Part shown: one piece after another, positions 61,497 to 64,000 of the stretch
Position numbering within the stretch: the first letter of the stretch is position 1
How the letters are laid out: every line of letters begins with the position of its first letter
NCBI RefSeq assembly: GCF_030144855.1
Contig: NC_082711.1
Span: 158,906,001-158,970,000 of the forward strand
Direction of reading: 5' to 3'
DNA from: Hypanus sabinus
Taxonomy: Eukaryota
DNA: 64,000 bases
Notes under the pieces: generated by a model
Seen by the model: the letters and a program-made list of their open reading frames with translations, nothing else
What the model was told of the DNA's origin: nothing
The model's database searches: none
Made by a program: the position numbers and the translations under genes

Positions 61497-61805
61497 GATT
61501 AAGATTAGCTTTATTTGTCACACATACCTTCAAACGTACGGTGAAATGCATTATTTGTGACAAATCAAGACAGTGAGGATTGTTCTGGGCAGCCTGCAAG
61601 TGTTGCCGAGCTTCCGGCACCAACTTGGTTTGCCCACAATTCAGTAACCCAAAACATAATTCTTTGGTATTTGGGAGGAAACCGAAGCACCATATGGTCA
61701 CAGGCAGAACAGAGGGAGCTCCATATAGACAGTGGTGGGAACTGAACGCCAAGTTTACAGTTCATGCTGTGGTGTAATTTCACTAATCGCTACGCTACCA
61801 TGCCA
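61497..61805 (-). mobile_element. V-SINE-type SINE
   Basis: Same family as the copies at 20108 and 22160. Confidence 0.8.
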
Positions 61806-61979
61806 TTTAATTTCTTCTTGACAGTGATGGTTGAGAAAGCAATGTAAGGAGTTCAGATGAATTTCTTTTCTAATAAGAAAATTTGTTGAGCGGAAGTTAC
61901 AATTATCTGACATAACTTTTTGGAAAGGGGGAGGTGTGCAAAGAAGAGTAGACTTTAAATCAAACATCTTTTTCACGAT

Positions 61980-62445
61980 CATAAACACAAGAAATTCTGC
62001 AGATGCTGGAAGTCCAGAGCAACACACACAAAATGCTGGAGGAACTCAGGCAGCACCTATGGAAATGAATAAACAGTTGGCGTTTTGGTCGAGACCCTTC
62101 ATCAGGACTGGAAAGAAAGGAGGAATTGCCAGAATAAGAAGGTGGGGGAAGAAGAGAGGAGAAGGAATGGAAGCAAGGAGATGATAGGTGAAGCCAGGTG
62201 GGTGGGGGAGTGATGATGAAGTAAGAAGCTTTGAGGTGATAGGTTCAAAAGATAAAGGGATGGAGAAGAAGGAATCTGATTGGAGAGGACAGTGGACCAT
62301 GGGAGAAAGGGAAGGAGGAGAGACACTAAATGGAGGTGATAGACAGGCAAGGAGAAGATATTGTGGGGAGAAGCAAAGGGAAGAATTAAAGAAGAGGGAA
62401 GAAGAAGGGGGAAAAATTACCAGAAATTGGAGAAACCTTTTTCAC
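61980..62445 (-). mobile_element. Penelope-like 3' end with degenerate hammerhead (62074-62110)
   Basis: On minus: cagtc-ctgatga-a-gggtctcgacc-aaaa-cgcc-aactg. The purine-rich plus-strand UTR matches those at 38130 and 56760. Confidence 0.8.
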
Positions 62446-63527
62446 AATTATGTCATCATTATTAAATGATGTCGTGACACAATCATTCACTCATTTCTGA
62501 CCTGTTTGTAAAACATATAATGCAGCTTAAGAAAGCAGTCCACAGCAACCAAGTATGTTTTAATTGAGGTATATTTTAAGCAATTTTGATTCACCCATGT
62601 CAGTCCTAAAAGATTCTTGTGGAATTTGAGGGAGGTTTGTGATAGTGATGGTAACCCAATAAAAGCCATTTACCAAACACACACAGCTTCCTAGATTTGG
62701 ACATTGCCTTGAGGCATCAGTTGTTATAGACACAATGCTATACCAATTGACAAGAGAACTTATTCAAATTAACTGTTGCAGCTCAAAGTACGTGGGTTGT
62801 CCAATAACAGCTGCTGCACAGAGACTGTTTTTATTGATTAAAGAGTTAAACACTTTAAAAGCAATCTATTTCTTATTATCCAGTCACAAACTTTGATTAA
62901 AACTTAATTTCGTTAACCCCCTCCCACCAACAGCACAGACACTCACTGAAAATGTTAAGTATTTTATTGTTAACATATATTAAAATACAGATTTGTACTA
63001 ATTGAGGAATAATTCCAACGCAACAGAAAGACCAGTTCAAGACATAAGATATGAATGTGACATACCATGTACCTAACATGTACTCAACACAGTAACTTAA
63101 GTCATATTTTATTTATCTTGGAGTTTGGAAAGCATGAAAATGATATTGTGTATTTGTATCTAACTCACCAGCCTAGATGTGAAAATTATGACTTCTAATA
63201 ATTTTTAGTATTAACCTGTCCTTTCCAGAAGATATTCAAAAAATAAAAATATTGTTTTCCTCCTTCGCACTCCACCCCCCCCCCCCCCCCATTCCTTCCT
63301 CTCTGCTTTTGTTCTCTTTTCAAGCCAACCTTTCCTCCTTCTCTTTGTGTCGAGATGCAAATTCTTACAAGACCCAGGTCAAGGGTGGTCTGTCACTGTG
63401 CCAAAGGAAAACCTTAATCCATCCTATTTCGGTAGAACAAACAGTCAAGCAGGGTTTTGCTTTTCACTTGGATTAGACAGCACAGCCTGTGCAAACTTCT
63501 CCTGCAGTGTTGACGGCAGCTGTTTGT

Positions 63528-63731
63528 NNNNNNNNNNNNNNNNNNNNNNNNNNNNNNNNNNNNNNNNNNNNNNNNNNNNNNNNNNNNNNNNNNNNNNNNN
63601 NNNNNNNNNNNNNNNNNNNNNNNNNNNNNNNNNNNNNNNNNNNNNNNNNNNNNNNNNNNNNNNNNNNNNNNNNNNNNNNNNNNNNNNNNNNNNNNNNNNN
63701 NNNNNNNNNNNNNNNNNNNNNNNNNNNNNNN
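63528..63731. other. Assembly gap (204 N)
   Basis: Run of n characters. Confidence 1.
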
Positions 63732-64000
63732 TCTCCCCTTATCTCTCTCTGTCCTCAATGCATTTGCTGTTTTAGCTGTTGGGAAGTAGATGTAGAATTT
63801 TACACTTATTCTTGAATCATTTAATTGCCTTTTCTTTAGAGCTGTTCTCTATATCCTCTAAATTTTTAGTAAACTATGTCACCTTTCTTTATGCCTATCA
63901 TGCTTTGGAAATTGCCATACATGAGTGTTCCACGTAATTTCAGATTCTCAAATTGTCAATTTTTTTCTGATTTCTCTTCAATCTATTTTAGCATAAAACA

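Noticed and set aside
63347-63815. ORFs spanning the N run
   Set aside because: Artefacts of translating through the assembly gap.

Overview
This is a repeat-rich, CpG-depleted vertebrate genomic window, not prokaryotic. The repeat set suggests a cartilaginous fish, probably a ray: CR1/HER1-type LINEs, V-SINEs, SacSINE1/Deu-like SINEs, Rex1/Babar LINEs and Penelope ends. That taxon call is an inference. I found no confidently identifiable host protein-coding gene, so the window looks intronic or like gene desert. Nearly all ORFs in the track are transposon remnants or antisense shadows. The first 11.5 kb is a nest: an old CR1 interrupted by a full-length hAT/Buster transposon (itself hit by a young CR1), solo LTRs and a long Rex1-type LINE. 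Also present are a Tx1-type LINE split by an internally deleted Gypsy element, a Hero-clade RLE retrotransposon, a family of Tc1 derivatives with three TIRs and a 57-bp terminal hairpin, and a young hAT MITE. About a dozen Penelope-like 3' ends carry a minimal type I hammerhead ribozyme motif, and three of them form TSD-flanked fold-back insertions. Repeat-poor blocks at about 36.8-40.5, 44.1-47.1 and 49-55.6 kb may hold conserved non-coding elements or small exons. A 204-nt N gap lies near the end. Family names come from recalled motifs, not database searches. Boundaries without TSD or TIR support are approximate.
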